DNA from: Mobula hypostoma | Lineage: Eukaryota | Direction: 5' to 3' | Assembly (NCBI RefSeq): GCF_963921235.1 | Contig: NC_086097.1 | Span: forward strand, 176,516,001-176,580,000 | DNA: 64,000 nt | Shown here: one piece after another, positions 49,688 through 63,600 of the stretch | Layout of the letters: each line of letters begins with the position of its first letter | How positions within the stretch are numbered: position 1 is the first letter of the stretch | Translations under genes and position numbers: made by a program | Notes under the pieces: generated by a model | What the model saw: only the letters and a program-made list of their open reading frames with translations | Databases searched by the model: none | What the model was told of the DNA's origin: nothing

Positions 49688-52600
49688 CAAGAAGAGTTTA
49701 AAGGCAAACAGTTTGATTGGGGCACGACTGCGCAAGTGCCTGAATGTCAGCCAGTGAGAATAGCGAGAAGAGTTTAAAAGGAGGCAGCCTTCTAGAGTGA
49801 ACGTACGAGTAGAGGGAGACAGAGTAGGAAGGCTTCGACTCAATAGGGCTTAGGCGTTAACGGGTCGAGGCGAGGTAGGCTGCCTAAGTAGAATACAGAC
49901 AGGAAGTATGTGTGTGAGGCCGGTGTTCTGTGCTCGGTGTCAGATGTCGGAAGTCCGGGAAACTCCCAATCTCCTGGACGGCCACATCTGCGCCAGGTGC
50001 GTCGAGTTGCAACTCCTTAGGGACTGTGTTAGGGAACTGGAGATGCAGCTTGAGGACCTTCGTTTGGTCAGGGAAAGTGAGGAGGTGATAGAAAGAAGCT
50101 TTAGACAGGTAGTCACACCGGGGCCCGGGGAGACAGATAAGTGGGTAACAGTCAGGAGGGGGAAGGGCAGGAGTCAGAGGCTAGAGAGCACCCCTGTGGC
50201 TGTACCCCTTGACAATAAGTACTCCTGCTTGAGTACTGTTGCGGGGGGACAGCCTACCTGGGGGAAACAACAGTGGCCGTTCCTCTGGCACGGAGTCTGG
50301 CCCTGTGGCTCAGAAGGGTAGGGAAAGGAAGAGGCTGGCAGCAGTGTTAGGGGGTCAAACAAGCAATTCTGTGGACACAGGAAAGAAGCACGGATGGTAG
50401 TTTGCCTCCCAGGTGCCAGGGTCCGGGATGTTTCTGATCGTGTGGAAGATATCTTGAAGTGGGAAGGAGAACAGCTAGAGGTTGTGGTACATATTGGTAC
50501 CAACGACATAGGCAGGAAAAGGGAGGAGGTCCTGAAAGCAAACTACAGGGACTTAGGAAGGAAGTTAAGAAGCAGGACCACAAAAGTAGTAATCTCGGGA
50601 TTACTGCCTGTGCCACACGACAGTGAGTACAGGAACAGAGTGAGGTGGAGGATTAATGCGTAGCTGAGAGATTGGAGCAGGGGGCAGGGATTCAGCTTTC
50701 TGGATCATTGGGACCTCTTTTGGGGCAGGAGTGACCTGTACACAAAGGATGGGTTGTACTTGAATCCTAGGGGGACCAATATCCTGGTGGGGAGGTTTGC
50801 TAAGGCTATTGAGGAGAGCTTAAGCTAGAATTGCTGGGGGTTGGGAACCAAACTGAAGAGACGGAGGAAGAGGCGGTTGGCTCACAAATAGAGAAAGCTT
50901 GGAAACAGTGTGAGAGGGAGGATAGAGAAGGGACGCGCTCAGGCCGATGGTTTGAGATCTGTCTATTTTAATGCAAGGAGAATTCTGAACAAAGCGGATG
51001 ATCTTGGAGCATGGATCAGTACTTGGAGCTATGATGTTGTGGCCATTACAGAGACTTGGATGGCTCAGGGGCAGGAATGGTTACTTCGAGTGCCAGGCTT
51101 TAGATGTTTCAGAAAGGACAGGGAGGGAGGCAAAAGGGGTATTTTTGATCAGAAATAGTGTCATGGCTGCAGAAAAGGAGGAAGACATGGAGGGATCTTC
51201 TATGAAGTCTCTGTGAGTGGAAGTTAGGAACAGGACGGGGTCAATAACTCTACTAGGTTTTTTTTATAGACCACCCAATAGTAACAGGGACATCGAGGAG
51301 CAGATAGGGAGACAGCTTCTGGAAAGGTGTAATAATAACAGGGTTGTTGTGGTGAGAGATTTTATTTTCCCAAATATCGATTGGCATTGTCCCTAGATCA
51401 AGGGGTTTCGATGGGGTGGGGTTTGTTAGGTGTATTCAGGAAGGTTTCTTGACACAATATGTAGATAAGTCTACAAGAGGGGAGGCTGTACTTGATCTGG
51501 TACTGGGAAATGAACCTGGTCAGGTGTTAGGTCTCTACAGTGGAAGAGCATTTTGGAGATAGTGATCACAACTCTATCTCCTTTACCATAGCATTGGAGA
51601 GGAATAGGAACATACAAGTTAGGAAAGTGTTTAATTGGAGTAAGGAGAAATATGAGGCTATCAGGTAGGAACTTGGAAACAGATGTTCTCAGGGAAATAT
51701 ATGGAAGAGATGTGGCAAATGTTCAGGGGATATTTGCATGGAGTTCTGCATAGGTATGTTCCAATGAGAGAGGGGAAAGATGATAGGGTACAGAAACCAT
51801 GGTGTACAAAGGCTGTTGTAAATCCAGTCAAGAAGAAAAGAAGAGCTTATGAAAGGTTCAAAAAGCTAGGTACTGATAGAGATCTAGAAGATTATAAGGC
51901 TAGTAGGAAGGAGCTCAAAAATGAAATTAGGAGAGCCAGAAGGGGCCATGAGAAGGCCTTGGTGGACAGAATTAAGGAAAACCCCAAGGCATTCTACAAA
52001 TATTTGAAGAGCAAGAGGATAAGATGTGAGAGAATAAGATCAATCAAGTGTGGCAGTGAAAAAGTGTGTATGGAACTGGAGGAGATAGCAGATGTACTTA
52101 ATGAGTACTTTGCTTCAGTATTCACTATGGAAAAGGGTCATGGCGATTGTTGGGATGACTTACAGCAGACTGAAAAGCTTGAGCATGTAGATATTAAGAA
52201 AGAGGATGTGCAGGAGGTTTTGGAAAGCATCAAGTTGGAAAAGTCACCAGGACCGGCCGAGATGTACCTCAGGCTACTGTGGGAGGCAAAGGAGGATATT
52301 GCCAAGCCTCTAGCGATGATCTTTGCATCATCAATGGGGATGGGAGAGGGTTCTGGAGGATTGGAGGGTTCCGGATGTTGTTCCATTATTCAAGAAAGGG
52401 AGTAGAGATAGCCCAGGAAAATATAGACCAGTGACTCTTACTTCAGTGGTTGGTAAGTTGATGGAGAAGATCCTGAGATGCAGGATTTAAGAACATTTGG
52501 AGAGACATAATATGATTAGGAATAGTCAGCACGGCTTTGTGAAAGGCAGGTCGTGCCTTACGAACCCGATTGAATTTTTTGAGGATGTGACTAAACACAT

Positions 52601-54476
52601 TGATGGTGGTAGAGCAGTAGATGTAGTGTAAATGGATTTCAGCAAGGCATTTGACAACGTACCCCATGCAAGGCTTATTGAGAAAGTAAGGAGGCATGGG
52701 ATCCTGGGGGAAATTGCTTTGTGGATCCAGAACTGGCTTGCCCACAGAAAGCAAAGAGTGGTTGTAGACGGGTCATGCTCTGCATGGAGGTCAGTCACCA
52801 GTGGTGTGCCTCAAGGATCTGTTCTCGGACCCCTACTCTTCGTGATTTTTATAAATGACCTGGATGGAGAAGTGGAGGGATGGGTTAGTAAATTTTCTGA
52901 TAACACAAAAGTTGGAACTGTTGCAGATAGTGTAGAGGACTGTCAAAGGTTACAGTGGGACATTGATAGGATGCAAAAATGGGCTGAGTGTGGCAGATGG
53001 AGTTCAACACAGATAAGTGTGAGGTGGTTCATTTTGGTAGGTCAAATATGATGACAAAATATAGGTATTAATGGTAAAACTCTTGGCAGCATGGAGGATT
53101 AGAGGGATCTTGGGTTCCGAGTCTATAGGACACTCAAGGCTGCTACGCAGGTTGAATGTGTGGTTAAGAAAGCATACAGTGCATTGGCGTTCATCAATCA
53201 TGGGATTGAGTTTAGGAGCCGAGAGGTAATCTTGCAACTATATAGGACCCTGGTCAGACCCCACTTGGAGTACTGTGCTCAGCTCTGGTCCCTCACTACA
53301 GGAAGGATGTGGAAACCATAGAAATGGTGCAGAGGAGATTTACAAGTATGTTGCCTGGATTGGGGAGCATGCCTCATGAGAATAGGTTGAGTGAACTCGG
53401 CCTTTTCTCCTTGGAGAGACGGAGGATGAGAGGTGACCTGATAGAGGTGTATTAGATGATGAGAGGCATTGATTCTGTGGATAGTCAGAGGCTTTTTCCC
53501 AGGGCTGAAATGGCGAGCAAAAGAGGGCACATTTTTAAGGTGCGTGGAAGTATGTACAAAGGAGATATCAGGGGTAAGATTTTTATGCAGAGAGTGGTGA
53601 GTGCATGGAATGGGCTGCCGGTGACGGTGGTGGAGGCGGATATGATAGGGTCTTTTAAGAGACTCCTGGACAGGTATATGGAGCTCAGAAAAATAGAGGG
53701 TTAGATTATGAGAACACTCAGTCCTCTTTTATTGTCATTTAGAAATGCATACATGCATTAAGAAATGATACAATGTTTCTCCAGAGTGTTATCACAGAAA
53801 ACAGAACAAACCAAAGACTAACACTGACAGAACCACATAATTATAACATATAGTTACAGCAGTGCAAAGCAATGCCATAATTTGATGAAGAACAAACCAT
53901 GGGCACGGTAAGTAAAGTCTCAGAAGTCCCTGAGTCGATCGACTACCGAGTCCCTGATAGCAGGAGGCAAAAGGGAGAAACTCCCTGCCATAAACCTCCA
54001 GGCACCATTAACTTGTCGATGCCTTGGAAGCAGCCGACCACAGCCGACACTGAGTCCGTCCATCTGAAAACTTCAAGCTTCCAACCAGCCTCTCCGATAC
54101 AGCCTCCCGAGCGCCATCCTCTGCCGAGCGCCTTCGACCTTGCCCCAGCCGCTGAAACAGGCAAAGCCGAGGATCTCGGGGCCTTCTGCTCTGGAGATTC
54201 CGGTTACCACACAGTAGCAGCGGCAGTGAAGCGGGCATTTCAGAAGTTATCCAGATGTTCCTCCATGTTCTCTAATCTGTCTCCATCAAATCAGAATTGT
54301 GCACAGTCCCCTATTTGATAGATAACAGACATCACCACCGAAGTGGCCGCGCGCACTGCCATCGCACCGCCATCGTCTCCTTATGGGTAATCCAAGGTAC
54401 TTTCTCAGGTAAGGACATGTTCAGCACAGCTTTGTGGGCCGAAGGGCCTGTATTGTACTGCAGGTTTTCTAAGTTC
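49688..54476 (+). mobile_element. Near full-length CR1 (family A), second copy, disabled, with an insertion in its 3' end
   Basis: ORF1 from 49908 (FCARC..ICARC, HIGTND), APE 50940 onward, RT to about 53700; candidate TSD taattg at 49682-49687 and 54477-54482. Confidence 0.92.
53704..54380 (-). mobile_element. Young non-coding, non-autonomous retroposon (GATGGCGG 5' motif, AATAAA + AATCT-type tail)
   Basis: Splits the CR1 sequence aaatagaggg|ttatgggtaa (compare 29970-29995); CpG-rich. Confidence 0.75.
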
Positions 54477-54706
54477 TAATTGAACGCAGTTACCTCGGAT
54501 CCTCGGTGGGTCCAGTCTGAACTCTGCCTGAAAGTGGAGCTGGAATCCATGTGGTGCATATATTGATTACTAAAGGCTTCAAAGATTATGGGGAAAGTCC
54601 AGGAGAATGAGGTTGTGAGGGAAAATATATCTGTCATGATTGAATGGCAGAGCAGACTTGATGGGCCAAATGGCCTAATTCTGCTCCTATATCTCATGGT
54701 CTTATG

Positions 54707-54780
54707 CAGGCAGTCCTCAGGTACGACAGGGTTTTGCTCATAAGATCTGTTGGTGTATCGGAAATGAATAAAACAGTGTG
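54707..54780 (+). mobile_element. Possible Tc1/mariner (Tigger-like) terminal fragment
   Basis: caggcagtcctcaggtacga resembles Tigger TIRs; no partner end seen. Confidence 0.3.
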
Positions 54781-55224
54781 TGAGATAGTCACAGGAGATC
54801 AAGCAGGCAGGGGTAGACCAGCTGCCAGACGGCATCACCGACTTGGTGACTGACTCTACTCAGTCCCCAGTTGTTGTGGCTCAAGTGAATGGATGGGAAA
54901 GGCAAGGGGAAATGCCTCATTTCCTCCCAGCAATAGATACCTGAGGCCCTACAGAAGCAGCTATATCCATCCCCATTCATTCCACTGGTTTCCCAAGTAC
55001 TCACTTGAATCATAGAGGTATAGATTCAGAACACAACAGCAAGAAACAGGCCCTTTGGTCCATCTGACTTGATCTTCCATCTAGTTCTTGGTCTCTACAG
55101 TGACCCTACAAATTTCTGGTAGCAATGCCCTTTGGAAAGCCCCTGCAGAATCTACTTCTTTTTCCCCCTCAGGCACCATGTTCCAAATCAATGTAACTCA
55201 CTGATTTAAAAATCTTCTGCTTCC

Positions 55225-56846
55225 AGGGGAGCGGTCACTGTCTGTAACAGCAGCAGATGTGAGAAGGACTCTGCAGAGCGTCAACCCCCATAAGGCTGAC
55301 AGGCCAGACAGCAGCTCAGGCTGAATACTCAGGGAGTGTGCACACCAGATCATTGACATCTTCATGGGCACTTCAACGCTTCACTCATCCAGGCTGCTGT
55401 GCCCCCTTGTTTCAAATTAGCCACCAGCATCCCTGCACCAAAGAACTCTACACCTTCAGAACTAAGTAACTACCATCCAGTGGCACTGATGCCAGTCATC
55501 ATGAAGTGCTTTGTATGGTTGGTAATGGTACATATCAAAACTCCAATGCTGCCACATTGGACATGCAGAAATATGCTTATTGAAGGAGCCACTCCATGAC
55601 AGATGCCATAGCTTTTGTCATTTACCCGGCCCTGGCACACAAGGACCTTTTGTCAGATTGCCTTTTCTGGATTTCATTTTGGCATTCAGCAGTATTGTTC
55701 CACAGATCCTGGTGAACAAGCATCTACTCCTTGGTCTAAATACACCACTGTGCACTTCCTAACCAATGGACCTCAGGTAGTCGGGATGCACAACTGTTCC
55801 TCCCTCCTCATCATCCTCAACATGGGTGTCCTCCGGGGCTGCGTTCTGAGCCCACTGCTGTAGACTCTGCTCACACATGAGTGCACGGCTGAACACCAGA
55901 GTAATCACATCGTCAAGTTCGCCGATGACATGCCAGTGCTGGGGCTCAGCACCAACAGCAATGAGATGCCCTACAGGGAGGAGGTGGAATAGCTCAAGCA
56001 CTGGTCCCAGGCAAATAACCTTTCCCTCAATGTCATCAAGAGAAAGGAGCTGGTTATCGACTTCGAGAACGTGCACCGTTCACACCCCTCTTTACGTCAG
56101 CAACACAGCAGTGAAAGCTGTGACCAGCTTCAAGCTCCTGGGAGTGCACATCTCACACAACCTCTCATGGTCCCAGACACACCCTGCACAATCAAGAAAG
56201 CTCAGCCAAGCCTCTACTTTCTGAAGAGGCTGAAGAGAGCTGGGCTATGCACATCAATTCTTACAACCTTCTACAGATGTGCAGTAGAGAGCATCCTAAC
56301 ATGCTGCATCACTGCATGGTACGGAAAATGCTCTGTGGTGGATAGGAAGGCTTTACAACTGGTAGTCAATACTGCCCGATGTATCATCAGCACCAGTCTA
56401 CTTGTCATCACAGAAGGATGCTGGATAAAGGCCAGTAAGATCATTAAGAATCCCACCAATCCTGCTCATGGACTGTTCGTCCCACTCCCATCGGGGAGGA
56501 AGCTATGTAGCATTCACGCCAGGACCACCAGATTCCAAAACATTACTTTCCTAAGCAGTAAGGCTGATCAACTCCTCCATCCACTAACTCACCCCACCAC
56601 AGTACTTCATCATTTCCTGTCAGAGTTACCTTATGTACAGACACTCGTGTACCTAGTGTAATTTTATGGACGTAATCAATTTACTGTATACAGCTTTCAT
56701 ATATATTTATATCTATTGTGGTTTTTATTGTGTTCTTCACTTAGTATGTTTTTATATGCTGCATTGGATCTGGAGTAATAATTATTTCATTCTCCTTTAC
56801 ACTTGTGTACTGGAAATGACACTAAACAATCTTGAATCGTGAATCT
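55225..56846 (+). mobile_element. Rex1 LINE RT, degenerate, (CTTGAAT) tail
   Basis: LSNYHPVALMPVIMKCF, GCVLSPLL, KFADD, LYFLKRLKRAGL. Confidence 0.88.
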
Positions 56847-57611
56847 TCCCTTGGGTTTCTTCCCATCTGGTACTGCAAATATTTTCTTCAAATATTCTGT
56901 GTCTGCCACCCTTCAAACTTTCAATTATATTTCTCTGATTTCTCCTGTGTGTCATAAATATATCACTCTTTAATTAGAAAATATATCGAAGGTCCCATAT
57001 GATCTTACACAATGCCTTAAGTGCTGGAAATTCTAGCTGGCAGAGCCCTGATGAGAGTTGTCGAACAGTCTGACCTCGAGGTATAGTTCCCTGAAAGTGG
57101 CAATGCAGGCAGAAAAAGCGGTGAAGAAAGAGTGTGGGGCACACTTGCCTTTGTCAACATTGACTTTAAGAGATGGGAATTGGACGCCACTTTCCAGCCA
57201 TACAAGACTTTCATGAGACTGCGTTCAGAGTATTGTGTGCAGTTCTGGTCAGCATATTAGAGAAAGGATGTGATTGAGCTAAAGAGGGTACACAAAGGAT
57301 TCACAAGGATGGCTTTGTTCTCTTTCCTCGTGAAATAACTAGTATCACTAATATTAACAATTTGTTCACCTGTGTCAATAAATTACCTATTTATGCTGTG
57401 TAGTGATAGTGGCATCTTACTACATGTAAGTTGGCGCCCAGATTTCCTTCATTTCAGGTCTGATTGGAATATATGTTATATCCAGTTTTTAATTTACAAA
57501 TTATCATGATACCATTTTAGTATTCTTATTATTAGCTTGAAAAGTATTTCAAAATGATTTTTGCTGAGGCATTGACAGATTCTGGGGAATCAAAAGCTAG
57601 TAGTATCTAAA

Positions 57612-58739
57612 AGTCATAGTCATAGTCATACTTTATTGATCCCGGGGGAAATTGGTTTTCGTTACAGTTGCACCATAAATAATAAATAGTAATAGAACCA
57701 TAAATAGTTAAATAGTAATATATAAATTATGCCAGTAAATTATGAAGTAAGTCCAGGACCAGCCTATCGGCTCAGGGTGTCTGACCCTCCAAGGGAGGAG
57801 TTGTAAAGTTTGATGGCCACAGGCAGGAATGACTTCCTATGACACTCTGTGTTGCATCTCAGTGGAATGAGTCTCTGGCTGAATGTACTCCTGTGCCCAC
57901 CCAGTACATTATGTAGTGGATGGGAGACATTGACCAAGATGGCATGCAACTTGGACAGCATCCTCTTTTCAGACACCACTGTGAGAGAGTCCAGTTCCAT
58001 CCCCACGACATCACTGGCCTTACGAATGAGTTTGTTGATTCTGTTGGTGTCTGCTACCCTCAGCCTGCTGCCCCAGCACACAACAGCAAACATGATAGCA
58101 CTGGCCACCACAAACTCATAGAACATCCTCAGCATCGTCCAGCAGATGTTAAAGGACCTCAGTCTCCTCAGGAAATAGAGACAGCTCTGACCCTTCTTGT
58201 AGACAGCCTCAGTGTTCTTTGACCAGTCCAGTTTATTGTCAATTCGTATCCCCAGGTATTTGTAATCCTCCACCATGTCCACCCTGACCCCCTGGATGGA
58301 GACAGGGGTCACCGGTATTCGTATCCCCAGGTATTTGTGATCCTCCACCATGTCCACACTGACCCCCTGGATGGAAACAGGGGTCACCAGTATTCGTATC
58401 CCCGGGTATTTGTGATCCTCCACCATGTCCACACTGACCCCCTGGATGGAAACAGGGGTCACCGGTATTCGTATCCCCAGGTATTTGTGATCCTCCACCA
58501 TGTCCACACTGACCCCCTGGATGGAAACAGGGGTCACCAGTATTCGTATCCCCGGGTATTTGTGATCCTCCACCATGTCCACACTGACCCCCTGGATGGA
58601 AACAGGGGTCACCGGTATTCGTATCCCCAGGTATTTGTGATCCTCCACCATGTCCACACTGACCCCCTGGATGGAAACAGGGGTCACCAGTATTCGTATC
58701 CCCGGGTATTTGTGATCCTCCACCATGTCCACACTGACC
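57612..58739 (-). mobile_element. Young Rex-Babar LINE 3' part with a tandem array at its 5' junction
   Basis: Near-identical to 17490-18114 plus 19293-19384; (TATGAC)n tail. Confidence 0.92.
58242..58739. repeat. 75-bp tandem array (6.6 units) with 150-bp higher-order structure
   Basis: Units start at 58242, 58317, 58392, 58467, 58542, 58617, 58692; alternating ccag/ccgg variants. Confidence 0.95.
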
Positions 58740-59228
58740 TGAGGCAACGATTTTACAGAAGGGGTGGATTGCATTTGAAATGAGCTACCAGAGACGGCTA
58801 TAACAGTAGCTTCTTTTAAAAGGCTGGACAGATTCAGATTCAGATTTAGACTTATTTACCACTTTTTTAAGACGAATATCAGAATTGGATTGTACATGCG
58901 TATTTTGACAATAAGATGAACGTTTGAACCTTTGAACATGTACATTAAAACTTATAGTGAAATGCATCCAATCATTTCAAATCCATGTGCAGGTCCATGA
59001 ACTGGAGAAGCTTAGAAGGTTATAGGCCAAATGCTGCAAATGAGATGAGCTATGATAGGGCATTTTGGTCAATATAGACCAGTTGGGCCAAAGGGCTTGT
59101 TTCTGTGCTGCATAACTCTATGACTCTGTGATATCTCCATCCCTCTCTCTATGCTCTCTACCTCTATTTCTATCCCACCCAATCTGATTCAGTCTTTACC
59201 CCCTTCCTCTCTTGCTTTTTGTCTTTAC

Positions 59229-59450
59229 CAATTCTGATGAAGGGTCTCAGACCTGAAGCACCAACTGTTCCACATCCCACAGACACTCACTGATCGACTG
59301 GATTTCTAGAACATTCTGTGTTTCTTTCATATTTCATGCATCTAAATATTTGTAAAAATTTTTATTTTAGCTTTCTCACTTTCCTAAAAGTGATGAAGTC
59401 TTTGACCTGAAATGTTATCCTGGTTTCTCCTTCCAGTTGCTCCTTTCCAG
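59229..59450 (+). repeat. Two tandem degenerate hammerhead-type Penelope 3' units
   Basis: ctgatga-agggtctcagacct-gaag at 59234-59258; gtgatgaagtctttgacctgaaatgtt at about 59390-59416. Confidence 0.6.
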
Positions 59451-60699
59451 CAGTGTTAAGGCAAAAAGCCAATCTTCTCCTTGCTTGTTCATTCAGATCT
59501 ATGTTTTATTCTAACTCTCAAAAGGATTCGGCACTCCTTCAAAGCCTCTGACAGTCTCTGTGAGTTCGTATAACTGCCCATTTACACCACACTGCCTGTT
59601 GCACTGTGTAGTCTCAGAATATTAAACCTTCCCAGTGACTCTGTCCCTCCTGTTATCAGACTCTTGAATGGTAAGATGGAGTCTTGATCTCACAATCTGC
59701 CTCAGTATGAATTTGCACTTTATTGTTTACCTGCACTGCACCCTATGACCTAGCCCCGTCACCCTAATCCTAGTTTTCATTCCCCTTTCCTGTCTGTTTC
59801 CATCTATTTTACTGATCTCCATCAGGGGAGGAATCCTGCCGTCCTTTCCTGGTCTGGCCTATATGTGACTCCGGACCCAGAGCAATGTGGTTGACTCTTA
59901 AATGCCTGCTGAAATGGCCTAGCAAGCCACTCAGATGTATCCAACCACTAAAAAGAAAATAATAGTGAATGAACCAGGACAGACAACCAAGAGTGACTCG
60001 GTAGCACCACCACAGACCGATCTGGTCAGGTCCTACTGGCCATAGCTACTAGCCTGGAACTACAGCAGGTGGTGAGGGAAAAGCACACGTGACCTCCTTC
60101 TCACCAAACTGCCTGCCGCGGAGCATCTGTCCATGACAGCATTGGTAGAAGTGACCACTGCACTGTATTTGTGGAGACTTAATCCTGTCTCCACCATGTT
60201 GTTAATAAGCCTTCAGCACCAGCACTCAACTGGAACCATCACCATAATGTTATTGTCCTTTATCCTATCACAAACATTCCCTTTCTTCTCCCTTTGGTCT
60301 CCTTCCCCTACACTGCAGCTTGAAAGATGCTTGATTTACAACTTTTCTATTTCTGATGCAGTGTTATGGGTCAGAAATGTTAACTCCATTTCTTCTTTCA
60401 CAAATGTTGCTCCATAGGCTGTGTAATTCTTGGATTCTTTGCTTTTATTTCAAATTTCTGCCATCTGGATTTGTTTAGCTTTTCAATATTAATGCAGTGC
60501 TTTTATGGTAAGTTCTGTAGATGACATTAATCAATCAATCATGTCCTCATCACATGATGGACCAATTTTAAGTGCAAATGAGACACCTAATTGAGTTGTG
60601 CCACAGAAACAACCTCTTGCTCAATGTCAGGACAACTAAAGAGCTGATAGTTGACTTCAGGAAAGGGAAACATACAGGTGGTTCTGTGGGCAAGAGTGA

Positions 60700-63600
60700 G
60701 ATTCCTGGATGGTATGTTACCTTCTGGGTGCGGGATATCCCAGATCAAGTTCTCAGCATTCTTCAGTGGGAGGGTGAACAGCCAGAAGTTGTGATCCATG
60801 TAGATACCAATGACATGGGTAAGATGAGTGACGAAGTTCTGCATAGTGAGTTCAGGGAGTTAGGTGCTAAGTTAAAGGGAAGGGCTTCCAGGATTGTGAT
60901 CTCAGGATTGCTACCTGTGCCATGCATTGCTGAGGCCAGAAATAGGAAGATTATATGGCTTAATATATGGCTAAGGAGTTGGTGTAGAAGGGAGAGCATA
61001 AGATTTTTGGATCATTGGGCTCTCTTCCAGGGAAGATGGGACTTACGCAGAAGGGGCGGTTTGCATCTGAACTGAAGGGGGACTATTATCCAGCAGGAAG
61101 TTTTGTTAATGGTGCACAGTGGGGTTTAAACTATAGTTGCAGGGGAGTTGGGAACCAGACTGTCAGAACAGTTAGTGGAGAGGTTGGGGAGGCGGATATT
61201 GGTAAGATCTCAGACAAAGTTAGGAATCAAAAGATTGAACATGGTGCAATTAGTGTCCTTAGCTGCCTATATTTCAGTGCAAGATGTATGGTAGAAAAGG
61301 TGGATAATAGTGCTAAAGATGAGGTAGCTGGTTTACAAATAGAGGCAATATGTAGTGAGGAGAAGCCATTGATAGTTAAAAATTGCAGTCAAGAAGATAG
61401 GTAGATAGATAGTTAGGTAGATAGATACACTTTATTGATCCCAAGGGAAATTGGGTTTCGTTACACCCGCACCACCAAGAATAGAACGTAAATATAGCAA
61501 TACAAAAAACCACAAACAATCAAACAACAAAATGCAAACTATGCCAGATGGAAAATAAGTCCAGGACCAGTCCACTTGCAAAGCAAAAATTAGTAGTAAG
61601 TTACAGAATTGGGAAGCTTTGAAAAATCAGCAGAAGGCAATTAAAAAGTCATTAAGAAGGTAAAGATGGAATACAAAAGTAAGCTGGCCAATAATATTAA
61701 AGAAGATACCAGAAGTTTTTTACATACATGAAGTGTAAAAGGGAGGCAAGAGTGGATATTGGACCACTGGACAATGATGTTGGAAAGGTAGTAATGGGGG
61801 ACAAGGAAATGGTGAGTGAACTGAATAAGTATTTTGCATCAGTATTCACTGTAGAAGATATTAGCTGTATGGTGAAAGTTCCAGGTGTCGGGGTCACGAA
61901 GTGTGTGAAGTACCATAACTAGAGAGAAGGTTCTTAGAAAACTGAAAGGTCTGAAGGTAGATAAGTCACCTGGACCAGATGGTGTACACCCCAGGGTTCT
62001 GAAAGATGTAGCTGAAGAGATTGTGGTGGCATTAGCAATGAACTTTCAAGAATCACTAGATTCTGGAATGGTTCTTGAAGACTGGAAAATTGCAAATGTC
62101 ACTCTACTCTTCAAGAAGTGAGAGAGGCAGAAGAAAGGAAACTTTAGGCCAATTAGCCTAACCTTAGTGGTTGGGAAGATGTTGGAGTCAATTATTAAGT
62201 TGATTATCTCCTCAAAACTAATTAGGAACTCCAAGACCTGGCCTGAATACCTCTTTGTGCAATTGAATCCTGGATCTCCTCACTTGTTGACCCCAGTCAG
62301 TTCAAACTGGCAAAAACATCTCCTCCACAATCTTCATCAGCACAGGAGCACCACAGAGATGTGTACTTAGCCCTCTGCTCTACTCGCTTTACACCTGTGA
62401 CTGTGTGGCTAAGTACAGCTCCAACAGCATATACTAGTTTGCTGATGACACCACAGCTGTGGGCTGTATCAAAGGGGGTGATGAATCAGCATACAGGAGG
62501 GAGATTGAAAACTTGGCTGAGTGGTGTAATAACAACAATCTCTCACTCAACGTCAATAAGACCAAGGAAATGATTGCAGACTTCAAGAGAGGGAATCCAG
62601 AGGTCCATGAGTCAGAAATCATTGGAAGATCAGAGGTGGAGAAAGTCAGTAACTTTAAATTCCTGGGTGTCACTATCTCAGAGGACCTGTCCTGGACCCA
62701 TCATATAAACATAGTTGTGAAGAAAGCACGGCAGCACCTCAATTTCCTCAGGAGTCTGAATAGGTTCAGCATGTGATCAAAAACCCTGGAAAACTTCTAT
62801 AGGTGTGTGGTGGAAAGTGTGCTGACTGGCTGCATCACAGCCTGGCATGGGAACACCAATGCTTTAGAGTGGAAAATCCTACAGAAGGTAGTGGATTCAG
62901 CCTAGTACGTCACGAGTTGGACCCTCCCAACCATTGAGCACATCTATATAACATGTTGCCATAGAAAAACAGCATCAATCATCAAAGATTTTCATCACCC
63001 AGGCCGTGCTCTTTCCTTGCTGCTGCCATCAGGTAGAAGGTTCAAATGCTGCGGGACTCACACTACCAGGTTCAAGAACTGTTACTACACCTCAACCATC
63101 AGGCTCTTGAACAAAAGGGGCGAACTACACTCATTTGAGGACTCATTGAAGGACTCTTATATTGTTATTTCATGCTCATTATTTATTGCTATTTACTTAT
63201 ACTGTATCTGCATTTGCACAGCTTGTTTACAGTTAACAGTTCCTGATGCTTACAGTTCACAGTACTGTTCTATAGATTTGCTAGGTATGCCCTCAGAAAA
63301 AGATTCTCAGAGTTTTATGTGGTGACATGTATGTACGCTGATAATGAATTTTATTTTGAACTTTGAAGTTTGAAAGTATGAAGTCTCAGGGTAGTTGGAA
63401 GCACATGATAAAATAGACTGTATTCAGCATGGTTTCCTCAAGGGAACATCTTGCCTGGCAAATCTGTTGGAATTCTTTAAGGAAATAACAAGCAGGATAG
63501 ACAAAGGAGAGTTGGTTGATGTTGAGTAATTGAATTTTCAGAAGGCATTTGACAAGATGCCACTCATGAGGCTGTTTAATCAGCTATGAGCCTATTGCAT

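Noticed and set aside
58242..58739. CRISPR array
   Set aside because: Units are contiguous with no unique spacers and derive from LINE coding sequence
6967..61075. Repeated GDSL/SGNH esterase ORFs as a host gene cluster
   Set aside because: They are the known esterase domain of CR1 ORF1; every copy lies within a LINE and is disrupted
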